Below are positions 29,860 to 45,200 of a stretch of DNA of 64,000 bases, one piece after another (position 1 is the first letter of the stretch; each line of letters starts with the position of its first letter). A program made the position numbers and the translations under genes. The DNA is from Eledone cirrhosa (taxonomy: Eukaryota), in NCBI GenBank assembly GCA_964016885.1, contig OZ024742.1, positions 361,460,001-361,524,000 of the forward strand, read 5' to 3'. The notes under the pieces were generated by a model. The model saw nothing but the letters and a program-made list of their open reading frames with translations, did no database searches and was not told the origin of the DNA.

Positions 29860-30270
29860 AAAGCACCCAATACACACTGTAAAGTGGTCGTGTAGGTATC
29901 ACAGCAAAAAGCACCCAGTACACACTGTAAAGTGATTATGTAGGTATCACAACAAAAAGCACCCAGTACACACTGTAAAGTGATTATGTAGGTATCACAA
30001 CAAAAAGCATCCAGTACACACTGTAAAGTGTTTATGTAGGTATCACAACAAAAAGCACCCAGTACACACTGTAAAGTGATTATGTAGGTATCACAACAAA
30101 AAGCATCCAGTACACACTGTAAAGTGATTATGTAGGTATCACAACAAAAAGCACCCAGTACACACTGTAAAGTGATTATGTAGGTATCACAACAAAAAGC
30201 ACCCAGTACACACTGTAAAGTGATTATGTAGGTATCACAACAAAAAGCATCCAGTACACACTCTAAAGTG
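29860..30270 (+). repeat. Locally expanded run of a divergent 48-bp monomer subtype (GTGATTATGTAGGTATCACAACAAAAAGCAYCCAGTACACACTGTAAA)
   Basis: About eight consecutive monomers each differ from consensus at about 6-7 positions. A second copy of the run lies at ~31450-31800 (offset 1584 = 33 monomers). Confidence 0.88.
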
Positions 30271-33200
30271 GTCATGTAGGTGCTACAACAAAAGGCACCC
30301 AATACACACTGTAAAGTGTTAATGTAGGTGTTACAACAAAAGGCACCCAATACTCACTCTAAAGTGGTCATGTAGGTGCTACAACAAAAGGCACCCAATA
30401 CACACTGTAAAGTGGTCATGTAAGTGTTACAACAAAAGGCACCCAATACACACTGTAAAGTGGTCATGTAAGTGTTACAACAAAAGGCACCCAATACACA
30501 CTGTAAAGTGGTCATGTAGGTGTTACAACAAAAGGCACCCAATACACACTGTAAAGTGGTCATGTAAGTGTTACAACAAAAGGCACCCAATACACACTGT
30601 AAAGTGGTCATGTAAGTGTTACAACAAAAGGCACCCAATACACACTGTAAAGTGGTCATGTAGGTGTTACAACAAAAGGCACCCAATACACACTGTAAAG
30701 TGGTCATGTAAGTGTTACAACAAAAGGCACCCAATACACACAGTAAAGTGGTCATGTAAGTGTTACAACAAAAGACACCCAATACACACTGTAAAGTGGT
30801 CATGTAAGTGTTACAACAAAAGGCACCCAATACACACTGTAAAGTGGTCATGTAGGTGTTACAACAAAAGGCACCCTATACACACTGTAAAGTGGTCATG
30901 TAAGTGTTACAACAAAAGGCACCCAATACACACTGTAAGTGCTCATGTAACTGTAACAACAAAAGGCACCCAATACAAACTGTAAAGTGGTCATGTAAGT
31001 GTTACAACAAAAGGCACCCAATACACACTGTAAAGTGGTCATGTAACTGTTACAACAAAAGGCACCCAATACACACTGTAAAGTGATCATGTAAGTGTTA
31101 CAACAAAAGGCACCCAATACAAACTGTAAAGTGGTCATGTAGGTGTTACAACAAAAGGCACCCAATACAAACTGTAAAGTGGTCATGTAACTGTTACAAC
31201 AAAAGCCACCCAATACACCCTGTAAAGTGGTCATGTAACCCTTACAACAAAAGGCACCCAATACAAACTGTAAAGTGGTCACGTAGGTGTTACAACAAAA
31301 AGCACCCAATACAAACTGTAAAGTGGTCATCTAGGTGCTACAACAAAAGGCACCCAATTCACACTGTAAAGTTTTCATGTAAATGTCACAACAAAAGGCA
31401 CCCAGTACACACTGTAAGTAGAGTATGTAGGTATCAAATGCAAAAAGCACCCAATACACAATGTAAAGTGGTCGTGTAGGTATCACAGCAAAAAGCACCC
31501 AGTACACACTGTAAAGTGATTATGTAGGTATCACAACAAAAAGCATCCAGTACACACTGTAAAGTGTTTATGTAGGTATCACAACAAAAAGCATCCAGTA
31601 CACACTGTAAAGTGATTATGTAGGTATCACAACAAAAAGCACCCAGTACACACTGTAAAGTGATTATGTAGGTATCACAACAAAAAGCATCCAGTACGCA
31701 CTGTAAAGTGATTATGTAGGTATCACAACAAAAAGCACCCAGTACACACTGTAAAGTGATTATGTAGGTATCACAACAAAAAGCATCCAGTACACACTCT
31801 AAAGTGGTCGTGGAAGTGACACAACAAAAGGCACCCAATACACACTGTAAAGTGGTCGTGTAAGTGTCACAACAAATGGCACCCAATACACACTGTAAAG
31901 TGGTCATGTAGGTGTTACAACAAAAGGCACCCAATACACACTGTAAAGTGGTCAGGTAACTGTTACAACAAAAGGCACCCAATACACACTGTAAAGTGGT
32001 CATGTAGGTGTTACAACAAAAGGCACCCAATACACACTGTAAAGTGGTCATGTAAGTGTTACAACAAAAGGCACCCAATAAACACTGAAAAGGGGTCATG
32101 TAGGTGTTACATCAAAAGGCACCCAATAGACACTGTAAAGTGGTCATGTAAGTGTTACAACAAAAGGCACCCAATACACACTGTAAAGTGGTCATGTAAC
32201 TGTTACAACAAAAGGCACCCAATACACACTGTAAAGTGGTCATGTAAGTGTTACAACAAAAGGCACCCAATACAAACTGTAAAGTGGTCATGTAAGTGAT
32301 ACAACAAAAGGCACCCAATACAGACTGTAGAGTGGTCATGTAAGTGTTACAACAAAAGGCACCAAATACACACTGTAAAGTGGTCATTTAACTGTTACAA
32401 CAAAAGGCACCCAATACACACTGTAAAGTGGTCAGGTAACTGTTACAACAAAAGGCACCCAATACACACTGTAAAGTGGTCATGTAGGTGTTACAACAAA
32501 AGGCACCCAATACACACTGTAAAGTGGTCATGTAAGTGTTACAATAAAAGGCACCCTATAGAAACTGTAAAGTGGTCATGTAGGTGTTACGACAAAAGGC
32601 ACCCAATACTCACTGTAAAGTGGTCATGTAGGTGCTACAACAAAAGGCACCCAATACACGCTGTAAAGTGGTCATCTAGGTGTTACAACAAAAGGCACCC
32701 AATACACACAGTAAAGTGGTCATGTAACTGTTATAACAAAAGGCACCCAATACACACTGTAAAGTGGTCACATAGGTGTTACAACAAAAGGCACCCAATA
32801 CAAACTGTAAAGTGGTCATGTAAGTGTTACAACAAAAGGCACCCAATACACACTGTAAAGTGGTCATGTAAATGTTACAACAAAAGGCACCCAATACAAA
32901 CTGTAAAGTGATTGTGTAGGTATCACAACAAAAAGCATCCAGTACACACTCTAAAGTGGTCGTGGAAGTGACACAACAAAAGGCACCCAATACACACTGT
33001 AAAGTGGTCATGTAGGTGCTACAACAAAAGGAACACAATACACACTGTAAAGTGGTCATGTAAGTGTTACAACAAAAGGCACCCAATACAGACTGTAAAG
33101 TGGTCATGTAACTGTTCCAACAAAGGGCACCCAATACACACTGTAAAGTGGTCATGTAAGTGTTACAACAAAAGGCACCCAATACACACTGTAAAGTGGT

Positions 33201-36200
33201 CATATAACTGTTACAACAAAAGGCACCCTATACAAACTGTAAAGGGTCATGTAACTGTTACAACAAAAGGCACCCAATACAAACTGTAAACTGGTCATGT
33301 AGGTGTTACAACAAAAGGCACCCAATACTCACTGTAAAGTGGTCATGTAGGTGCTACAACAAAAGGCACCCAATACACACTGTAAAGTGGTCATGTAGGT
33401 GTTACAACAAAAGGCACCCAATACACGCTGTAAAGTGGTCATGTAAGTGTTACAACAAAAGGCACCCAATACACACTGTAAAGTGGTCATGTCAGTGTTA
33501 CAACAAAAGGCACCCAATACACACTGTAAATTTGTCATGTAGGTGTTACAACAAAAGGCACCCAATACACACTCTAAGTGGTCATGTAATTGTTACAACA
33601 AAAGGCACCCAATACAAACTGTAAAGTGGTCATGTAGGTGTTACAACAAAAGGCACCCAATACTCACTGTAAAGTGGTTATGTAGTTGCTACAACAAAAG
33701 GCACCCAATACACACTGTAAAGTGGTCATGTAGGTGTTACAACAAAAGGCACCCAATACACACTGTAAAGTGGTCTTGTAACTGTTACAACAAAAGGCAC
33801 CCAATACACACTGTAAAGGGTCATGTAACTGTTACAACAAAAGGCACCCAATACACACTGTAAAGTGGTCATGTAGGTGTTACAACAAAAGGCACCCAAT
33901 ACTCACTGTAAAGTGGTCATGTAGGTGCTACAACAAAAGGCACCCAATACACACTGTAAAGTGGTCATGTAAGTGTTACAACAAAAGGCACCCAATACAC
34001 ACTGTAAAGTGGTCATGTAACTGTTACAACAAAAGGCACCCAATATACACTGTAAAGTGGTCATGTAGGTGTTACAACAAAAGGCACCCAATACAAACTG
34101 TAAAGTGGTCATTTAACTGTTACAACAAAAGGCACCCAATACACACTGTAAAGTGGTCATGTAAGTGTTACAACAAAAGGCACCAAATACACACTGTAAA
34201 GTGGTCATGTAGGTGCTACAACAAAAGGCACCCAATACACACAGTAAAGTGGTCATGTAACTGTTACAACAAAAGGCACCCAATACACACTGTAAAGTGG
34301 TCATGTAGGTGTTAGAAAAAAAGGCACCCAATACTCACTGTAAAGTGGTCATGTAGGTGCTACAACAAATGGCACCCAATACACACTGTAAAGTGGTCAT
34401 GTAAGTGTTACAACAAAAGGCACCCAATACACACTGTAAAGTGGTCAAGTAAGTGTTACAACAAAAGGCACCCAATACACACTGTAAAGTGGTCACGTAG
34501 GTGTTACAACAAAAGGCACCCAATACAAACTGTAAAGTGGTCATGTAACTGTTACAACAAAAGCCACCCAATACACCCTGTAAAGTGGTCATGTAACTGT
34601 TACAACAAAAGGCACCCAATACAAACTGTAAAGTGGTCACGTAGGTGTTACAACAAAAAGCACCCAATACAAACTGTAAAGTGGTCATGTAGGTGCTACG
34701 ACAAAAGGCACCCAATTCACACTGTAAAGTTTTCATGTAAATGTCACAACAAAAGGCACCCAGTACACACTGTAAGTAGAGAATGTAGGTATCAAATGCA
34801 AAAAGCACCCAATACACACTGTAAAGTGTAGGTATCAGAACAAAAGGCACCCACTACACACTGTAAAGTGATTATGTAGGTATCACAACAAAAAGCATCC
34901 AGTACACACTGTAAAGTGTTTATGTAGGTATCACAACAAAAAGCATCCAGTACACACTCTAAAGTGGTCGTGGAAGTGACACAACAAAAGGCACCCAATA
35001 CACACTGTAAAGTGGTCGTGTAAGTGATACAACAAAAGGCACCTAATACACACTGTAAAGTGGTCATGTAACTGTTACAACAAAAGGCAGCAATACAAAC
35101 TGTAAAGTGGTCATGTAAGTGATACAACAAAAGGCACCCAATACACACTGTAAAGTGGTCATGTAAGTGTTACAACAAAAGGCACCAAATACACACTGTA
35201 AAGTGGTCATTTAACTGTTACAACAAAAGGCACCCAATACACATTGTAAAGTGGTCAGGTAACTGTTACAACAAAAGTCACCCAATACACACTGTAAAGT
35301 GGTCATTTAACTGTTACAACAAAAGGCACCCAATACACACTGTAAAGTGGTCATGTAAGTGTTACAACAAACGGCACCAAATACACACTGTAAAGTGGTC
35401 ATGTAAGTGATACAACAAAAGGCACCCAATACACACTGTAGAGTGGTCATGTAAGTGTTACAACAAAAGGCACCAAATACACACTGTAAAGTGGTCATTT
35501 AACTGTTACAACAAAAGGCACCCAATACACACTGTAAAGTGGTCAGGTAACTGTTACAACAAAAGGCACCCAATACACACTGTAGAGTGGTCATGTAGGT
35601 GTTACAACAAAAGGCACCCAATACACATTGTAAAGTGGTCATGTAAGTGTTACAACAAAAGGCACCCAATACACACTGTAAAGTGGTCATGTAACTGTTA
35701 CAACAAAAGGCACCCTATACAAACTGTAAAGGGTCATGTAACTGTTACAACAAAAGGCACCCAATACAAACTGTAAAGTGGTCATGGAGGTGTTACAACA
35801 AAAGGCACCCAATACACACAGTAAAGTGGTCATGTAAGTGTTACAACAAAAGGCACCCAATACACACTGTAAAGTGGTCATGTAGGTGTTACAGCAAAAG
35901 GCACCCAATACAAACTGTAAAGTGGTCATGTAGGTGTTACAACAAAAGGCACCCAATACACACTGTAAAGTGGTCACGTAGGTGTTACAACAAAAGGCAC
36001 CCAATACAAACTGTAAAGTGGTCATGTAAATGTTACAACAAAAGGCACCCAATACAAACTGTAAAGTGGTCATGTAGGTTTTACGACAAAAAGCACCTAG
36101 TACTCACTGTAAAGTGGTCATGTAGGTGCTACAACAAAAGGCACCCAATTCACACTGTAAAGTTTTCATGTAAATGTCACAACAAAAGGCACCCAGTACA

Positions 36201-39200
36201 CACTGTAAGTAGAGTATGTAGGTATCAAATGCAAAAACCACCCAATACACACTGTAAAGTGGTCGTGTAGGTATCACAACAAAAGGCACCCAGTACACAC
36301 TGTAAAGTGGTTGTTTAGGTATCACAGCAAAAAGCACCCAGTACACACTGTAAAGTGATTGTGTAGGTATCACAACAAAAAGCATCCAGTACACACTCTA
36401 AAGTGGTCGTGGAAGTGACACAACAAAAGGCACCCAATACACACTGTAAAGTGGTCATGTAGGTGCTACAACAAAAGGCACCCAACACACACTGTAAAGT
36501 GGTCATGTAAGTGTTACAACAAAAGGCACCCAATACACACTGTAAAGTGGTCATGTAACTGTTACAACAAAAGGCACCCAATACACACTGTAAAGTGGTC
36601 ATGTAAGTGTTACAACAAAAGGCACCCAATACACACTGCAAAGTGGTCATGTAACTGTTACAACAAAAGGCACCCTATACAAACTGTAAAGTGGTCATGT
36701 AGGTGTTACAACAAAAGGCACCCAATACTCACTGTAAAGTGGTCATGTAGGTGCTACAACAAAAGGCACCCAATACACACTGTAAAGTGGTCATGTAGGT
36801 GTTACAACAAAAGGCACCCAATACACACTGCAAAGTGGTCTTGTAACTGTTACAACAAAAGGCACCCAATACACACTGTAAAGGGTCATGTAAGTGTTAC
36901 AACAAAAGGCACCCAATACACACTGTAAAGTGGTCATGTAGGTGTTACAACAAAAGGCACCCAATACTCACTGTAAAGTGGTCATGTAGGTGCTACAACA
37001 AAAGGCACCCAATACACACTGTAAAGTGGTCATGTAAGTGTTACAACAAAAGGCACCCAATACACACTGTAAAGTGGTCATGTAGGTGTTACAACAAAAG
37101 GCACCCAATACACACTGTAAAGTGGTCATGTAGGTGTTACAACAAAAGGCACCCAATACACACTGTAAAGTGGTCACGTAAGTGTTACAACAAAAGGCAC
37201 CCAATACACACTGTAGAGTGGTCATGTAATTGTTACAACAAAAGGCACCCAATACAAACTGTAAAGTGGTCATGTAGGTGTTACAACAAAAGGCACCCAA
37301 TACTCACTGTAAAGTGGTTATGTAGGTGCTACAACAAAAGGCACCCAATACACACTGTAAAGTGGTCATGTAGGTGTTATAACAAAAGGCACCCAATACA
37401 CACTGTAAAGTCGTCTTGTAACTGTAACAACAAAAGGCACCCAATACACACTGTAAAGGGTCATGTAACTGTTACAACAAAAGGCACCCAATACACACTG
37501 TAAAGTGGTCATGTAGGTGTTACAACAAAAGGCACCCAATACTCACTGTAAAGTGGTCATGTAGGTGCTACAACAAAAGGCACCCAATACACATTGTAAA
37601 GTGGTCATGTAAGTGTTACAACAAAAGGCACCCAATGCACACTGTAAAGTGGTCATGTAGGTGTTACAACAAAAGGCACCCAACACACACTGTAAAGTGG
37701 TCATGTAAGTGTTACAACAAAAGGCACCCAATACACACTGTAAAGTGGTCATGTAACTGTTACAACAAAAGGCACCCAATACACACTGTAAAGTGGTCAT
37801 GTAAGTGTTACAACAAAAGGCACCCAATACACACTGTAAAGTGGTCATGTAACTGTTACAACAAAAGGCACCCTATACAAACTGTAAAGTGGCCATGTAG
37901 GTGTTACAACAAAAGGCACCCAATACTCACTGTAAAGTGGTCATGTAGGTGCTACAACAAAAGGCACCCAATACACACTGTAAAGTGGTCATGTAGGTGT
38001 TACAACAAAAGGCACCCAATACACACTGCAAAGTGGTCTTGTAACTGTTACAACAAAAGGCACCCAATACACACTGTAAAGGGTCATGTAAGTGTTACAA
38101 CAAAAGGCACCCAATACACACTGTAAAGTGGTCATGTAGGTGTTACAACAAAAGGCACCCAATACTCACTGTAAAGTGGTCATGTAGGTGCTACAACAAA
38201 AGGCACCCAATACACACTGTAAAGTGGTCATGTAAGTGTTACAACAAAAGGCACCCAATACACACTGTAAAGTGGTCATGTAGGTGTTACAACAAAAGGC
38301 ACCCAATACACACTGTAAAGTGGTCATGTAGGTGTTACAACAAAAGGCACCCAATACACACTGTAAAGTGGTCACGTAAGTGTTACAACAAAAGGCACCC
38401 AATACACACTGTAGAGTGGTCATGTAATTGTTACAACAAAAGGCACCCAATACACACTGTAAAGGGTCATGTAACTGTTACAACAAAAGGCACCCAATAC
38501 ACACTGTAAAGTCGTCATGTAGGTGTTACAACAAAAGGCACCCAATACTCACTGTAAAGTGGTCATGTAGGTGCTACAACAAAAGGCACCCAATACACAC
38601 TGTAAAGTGGTCATGTAAGTGTTACAACAAAAGTCACCCAATGCACACTGTAAAGTGGTCATGTAGGTGTTACAACAAAAGGCAACCAATACACACTGTA
38701 AAGTGGTCATGTAACTGTTACAACAAAAGGCACCCAATATACACTGTAAAGTGGTCATGTAGGTGTTACAACAAAAGGCACCCAATACAAACTGTAAAGT
38801 GGTCATTTAACTGTTACAACAAAAGGCACCCAATACACACTGTAAAGTGGTCATGTAAGTGTTACAACAAGGGAACCAAATACACACTATAAAGTGGTCA
38901 TGTAGGTGCTACAACAAAAGGCACCCAATACACACAGTAAAGTGGTCATGTAACTGTTACAAGAAAAGGCACCCAATACACACTGTAAAGTGGTCACGTA
39001 AGTGTTACAACAAAAGGCACCCAATACACACGGTAAAGTGGTCATGTAATTGTTACAACAAAAGGCACCCAATACAAACTGTAAAGTGGTCATGTAGGTG
39101 TTACAACAAAAGGCACCCAATACTCACTGTAAAGTGGTCATGTAGGTGCTACAACAAAAGGCACCCAATACACACTGTAAAGTGGTCATATAGGTGTTAC

Positions 39201-42200
39201 AACAAAAGGCACCCAATACACACTGTAAAGTGGTCTTGTAACTGTTACGACAAAAGGCACCCAATACACACTGTAAAGGGTCATGTAACTGTTACAACAA
39301 AAGGCACCCAATACACACTGTAAAGTGGTCATGTAGGTGTTACAAAAAAAGGCACCCAATACTCACTGTAAAGTGGTCATGTAGGTGCTACAACAAAAGG
39401 CACCCAATACACACTGTAAGGTGGTCATGTAAGTGTTACAACAAAAGGCACCCAATACACACTGTAAAGTGGTCATGTAAGTGTTACAACAAAAGGCACC
39501 CAATACACACTGTAAAGTGGTCACGTAGGTGTTACAACAAAAGGCACCCAATACAAACTGTAAAGTGGTCATGTAACTGTTACAACAAAAGCCACCCAAT
39601 ACACCCTGTAAAGTGGTCATGTAACTGTTACAACAAAAGGCACCCAATACAAACTGTAAAGTGGTCACGTAGGTGTTACAACAAAAAGCACCCAATACAA
39701 ACTGTAAAGTGGTCATGTAGGTGCTACGACAAAAGGCACCCAATTCACACTGTAAAGTTTTCATGTAAATGTCACAACAAAAGGCACCCAGTACACACTG
39801 TAAGTAGAGAATGTAGATATCAAATGCAAAATGCACCCAATACACACTGTAAAGTGTAGGTATCACAACAAAAGGCACCCAGTACACACTGTAAAGTGAT
39901 TATGTAGGTATCACAACAAAAATCATCCAGTACACACTGTAAAGTGTTTATGTAGGTATCACAACAAAAAGCATCCAGTACACACTCTAAAGTGGTCGTG
40001 GAAGTGACACAACAAAAGGCACCCAATACACACTGTAAAGTGGTCGTGTAAGTGACACAACAAAAGGCACCCAATACACACTGCAACGTGGTCGTGTAAG
40101 TGTCACAACAAATGGCACCCAATACACACTGTAAAGTGGTCATGTAAGTGTTACAACAAAAGGCACCCAATACACACTGTAAAGTTATCATGTAAGTGTT
40201 ACAACAAAAGGCACCCAATACACACTGAAAAGTGGTCATGTAGGTGTTACAACAAAAGGCACCCAATACACACTGTAAAGTGGTCATGTAAGTGTCACAA
40301 CAAAAGGCACCCAATACACACTGTAAAGTGGTCATGTAACTGTTACAACAAAAGGCACCCAATACACACTGTAAAGTGGTCATGTAAGTGTTACAACAAA
40401 AGGCACCCAATACACACTGTAAAGTGGTCATGTAACTGTTACAACAAAAGGCACCTTATACAAACTGTAAAGTGGTCATGTAGGTGTTACAACAAAAGGC
40501 ACCCAATACTCACTGTAAAGTGGTCATGTAGGTGCTACAAGAAAAGGCACCCAATACACACTGTAAAGTGGTCATGTAGGTGTTACAACAAAAGGCACCC
40601 AATACACACTGTAAAGTGGTCTTGTAGGTGCTACAGCAAAAGGCACCCAATACACACTGTAAAGTGGTCATGTAGGTGTTACAACAAAAGGCACCCAATA
40701 CACACTGTAAAGGGTCATGTAACTGTTGCAACAAAAAGCACCCAATACACACTGTAAAGTGGTCATGTAGGTGTTACAACAAAAGGCACCCAATACTCAC
40801 TGTAAAGTGGTCATGTAGGTGCAACAACAAAAGGCACCCAATACACACTGTAAAGTGGTCATGTAAGTGTTACAACAAAAGGCACCCAATACAGACTGTA
40901 AAGTGGTCACGTAGGTGTTACAACAAAAGGCACCCAATACACACTGTAAAGTGGTCATGTAACTGTTACAACAAAAGGCACCCAATACAAACTGTAAAGT
41001 GGTCACGTAGGTGTTACAACAAAAGGCACTCAATACAAACTGTAAAGTGGTCACGTAGGTGTTACAACAAAAGGCACCCAATACAAACTGTAAAGTGGTC
41101 ATGTAGGTGTTACGACAAAAAGCACCTAATACTCACTGTAAAGTGGTCATGTAACCCTTACAACAAAAGGCACCCAATACAAACTGTAAAGTGGTCACGT
41201 AGGTGTTACAACAAAAAGCACCCAATACAAATTGTAAAGTGGTCATGTAGGTGCTACCACAAAAGGCACCCAATTCACACTGTAAAGTTTTCATGTAAAT
41301 GTCACAACAAAAGGCACCCAGTACACACTGTAATTAGAGTATGTAGGTATCAAATGCAAAAAGCACCCAATACACACTGTAAAGTGGTCGTGTAGGTATC
41401 ACAACAAAAGGCACCCAGTACACACTGTAAAGTGGTTGTTTAGGTATCACAGCAAAAAGCACCCAGTAAACACTGTAAAGTGATTGTGTAGGTATCACAA
41501 CAAAAATCATCCAGTACACACTGTAAAGTGTTTATGTAGGTATCACAACAAAAAGCATCCAGTACACACTGTAAAGTGGTCGTGGAAGTGACACAACAAA
41601 AGGCACCCAATACACACTGCAAAGTGGTCGTGTAAGTGTCACAACAAATGGCACCCAATACACACTGTAAAGTGGTCATGTAAGTGTTACAACAAATGGC
41701 ACCCAATACACACTGTAAAGTGGTCATGTAACTGTTACAACAAAAGGCACCCAATACACACTGTAAAGTGGTCATGTAAGTGATACAACAAAAGGCACCC
41801 AATACACACTGTAAAGTGGTCATGTAAGTGTTACAACAAAGGGCACCAAATACACACTGTAAAGTGGTCATGTAAGTGTTACAACAAAAGGCACCCAATA
41901 CACACTGTAAAGTGGTCATGTAACTGTTACAACAAAAGGCACCCTATACAAACTGTAAAGTGGTCATGTAGGTGTTACAACAAAAGGCACCCAATACTCA
42001 CTGTAAAGTGGTCATGTAGGTGCTACAAGAAAAGGCACCCAATACACACTGTAAAGTGGTCATGTAGGTGTTACAACAAAAGGCACCCAATACACACTGT
42101 AAAGTGGTCTTGTAGGTGCTACAACAAAAGGCACCCAATACACACTGTAAAGTGGTCATGTAGGTGTTACAACAAAAGGCACCCAATACACACTGTAAAG

Positions 42201-45200
42201 TGGTCATGTATGTGCTACAACAAAAGGCACCCAATACTCACTGTAAAGTTGTCATGTAGGTGCTACAACAAAAGGCACCCAATACACACTGTAAAGTGGT
42301 CATGTAAGTGTTACAACAAAAGGCACCCAATAAACACTGTAAAGTGGTCATGTAGGTGTTACAACAGAAGGCACCCAATACACACTGTAAAGTGGTCATG
42401 TAACTGTTACAACAAAAGGCACCCAATACAAACTGTAAAGTGGTCATGTAGGTGTTACAACAAAAGGCACCCAATACTCACTGTAAAGTGGTCATGTAGG
42501 TGCTACAACAATAGGCACCCAATACACACTGTAAAGTGGTCATGTAAGTGTTACAACAAAAGGCACCCAATACACACTGTAAAGTGGTCATGTAACTGTT
42601 ACAACAAAAGGCACCCAATACACACTGTAAAGTGGTCATGTAAGTGTTACAACAAAAGGCACCAAATACACACTGTAAAGTGGTCATGTAGGTGCTACAA
42701 CAAAAGGCACCCAATACACACAGTAAAGTGGTCATGTAACTGTTACAACAAAAGGCACCCAATACACACTGTAAAGTGGTCATGTAATTGTTACAACAAA
42801 AGGCACCCAATACAAACTGTAAAGTGGTCATGTAGGTGTTACAACAAAAGGCACCCAATACTCACTGTAAAGTGGTCATGTAGGTGCTACAACAAAAGGC
42901 ACCCAATACACACTGTAAAGTGGTCACGTAGGTGTTACAACAAAAGGCACCCAATACAAACTGTAAAGTGGTCATGTAACTGTTACAACAAAAGCCACCC
43001 AATACACCCTGTAAAGTGGTCATGTAACTGTTACAACAAAAGGCACCCAATGCAAACTGTAAAGTGGTCACGTAGGTGTTACAACAAAAAGCACCCAATA
43101 CAAACTGTAAAGTGGTCATGTAGGTGCTACGACATAAGGCACCCAATTCACACTGTAAAGTTTTCATGTAAATGTCACAACAAAAGGCACCCAGTACACA
43201 CTGTAAGTAGAGAATGTAGATATCAAATGCAAAAAGCACCCAATACACACTGTAAAATGTAGGTATCACAACAAAAGGCACCCAGTACACACTGTAAAGT
43301 GTTTATGTAGGTATCACAACAAAAAGCATCCAGTACACACTCTAAAGTGGTCGTGGAAGTGACACAACAAAAGGCACCCAATACACACTGTAAAGTGGTT
43401 GTGTAAGTGACACAACAAAAGGCACCCAATACACACTGCAACGTGGTCGTGTAAGTGTCACAACAAATGGCACCCAATACACACTGTAAAGTGGTCATGT
43501 AAGTGTTACAACAAAAGGCACCCAATACACACTGTAAAGTGGTCATGTAAATGTTACAACAAAAGGCACCCAATACAAACGGTAAAGTGGTCATGTAAGT
43601 GATACAACAAAAGGCATCCAATACACACTGTAAAGTGGTCATGTAAGTTTTACAACAAAAGGCACCAAATACACACTGTAAAGTGGTCATTTAACTGTTA
43701 CAACAAAAGGCACCCAATACACACTGTAAAGTGGTCAGGTAACTGTTACAACAAAAGGCACCCAATACACACTGTAAAGTGGTAATGTAGGTGTTACAAC
43801 AAAAGGCACCCAATACACACTGTAAAGTTATCATGTAAGTATTACAGCAAAAGGCACCCAATACACACTGAAAAGTGGTCATGTAGGTGTTACAACAAAA
43901 GGCACCCAATACACACTGTAAAGTGGTCATGTAAGTGTTACAACAAAAGGCACCCAATACACACTGTAAAGTGGTCATGTAACTGTTACAACAAAAGGCA
44001 CCCAATACACACTGTAAAGTGGTCATGTAAGTGTTACAACAAAAGGCACCCAATACACACTGTAAAGTGGTCATGTAACTGTTACAACAAAAGGCACCCT
44101 ATACAAACTGTAAAGTGGTCATGTAGGTGTTACAACAAAAGGCACCCAATACTCACTGTAAAGTGGTCATGTAGGTGCTACAAGAAAAGGCACCCAATAC
44201 ACACTGTAAAGTGGTCATGTAGGTGTTACAACAAAAGGCACCCAATACACTCTGTAAAGTGGTCTTGTAGGTGCTACAACAAAAGGCACCCAATACACAC
44301 TGTAAAGTGGTCATGTAGGTGTTACAACAAAAGGCACCCAATACACACTGTAAAGGGTCATGTAACTGTTGCAACAAAAAGCACCCAATACACACTGTAA
44401 AGTGGTCATGTAGGTGTTACAACAAAAGGCACCCAATACTCACTGTAAAGTGGTCATGTAGGTGCAACAACAAAAGGCACCCAATACAAACTGTAAAGTG
44501 GTCATGTAAGTGTTACAACAAAAGGCACCCAATACACACTGTAAAGTGGTCATGTAGGTGTTACAACAACGGGCACCCAATACACACTGTAAAGTGGTCA
44601 TGTAACTGTTACAACAAAAGGCACCCAATACAAACTGTAAAGTGGTCATGTAGGTGCTACAACAAAAGTCACCCAATACACACTGTAAATTGGTCATGTA
44701 GGTGCTACAACAAAAGGCACCCAACACGCACTGAAGTGGTCATGTAACTGTTACAACAAAAGGCACCCAATACACACAGTAAAGTGGTCATGTAGGTGTT
44801 ACAACAAAAGGCACCCAATACAAACTGTAAAGTGGTCATGTAAGTGTTACAACAAAAGGCACCCAATACACACTGTAAAGTGGTCATGTAAGTGTTACAA
44901 CAAAAGGCACCCAATACACACTGTAAATTGGTCATGTAGGTGCTACAACAAAAGGCACCCAATACACACAGTAAAGTGGTCATGTAACTGTTACAACAAA
45001 AGGCACCCAATACACACTGTAAAGTGGTCACGTAGGTGTTACAACAAAAGGCACCCAATACAAACTGTAAAGTGGTCATGTAACTGTTACAACAAAAGCC
45101 ACCCAATACACCCTGTAAAGTGGTCATGTAACTGTTACAACAAAAGGCACCCAATACACACTGTAAAGTGGTCACGTAGGTGTTACAACAAAAGGCACTC

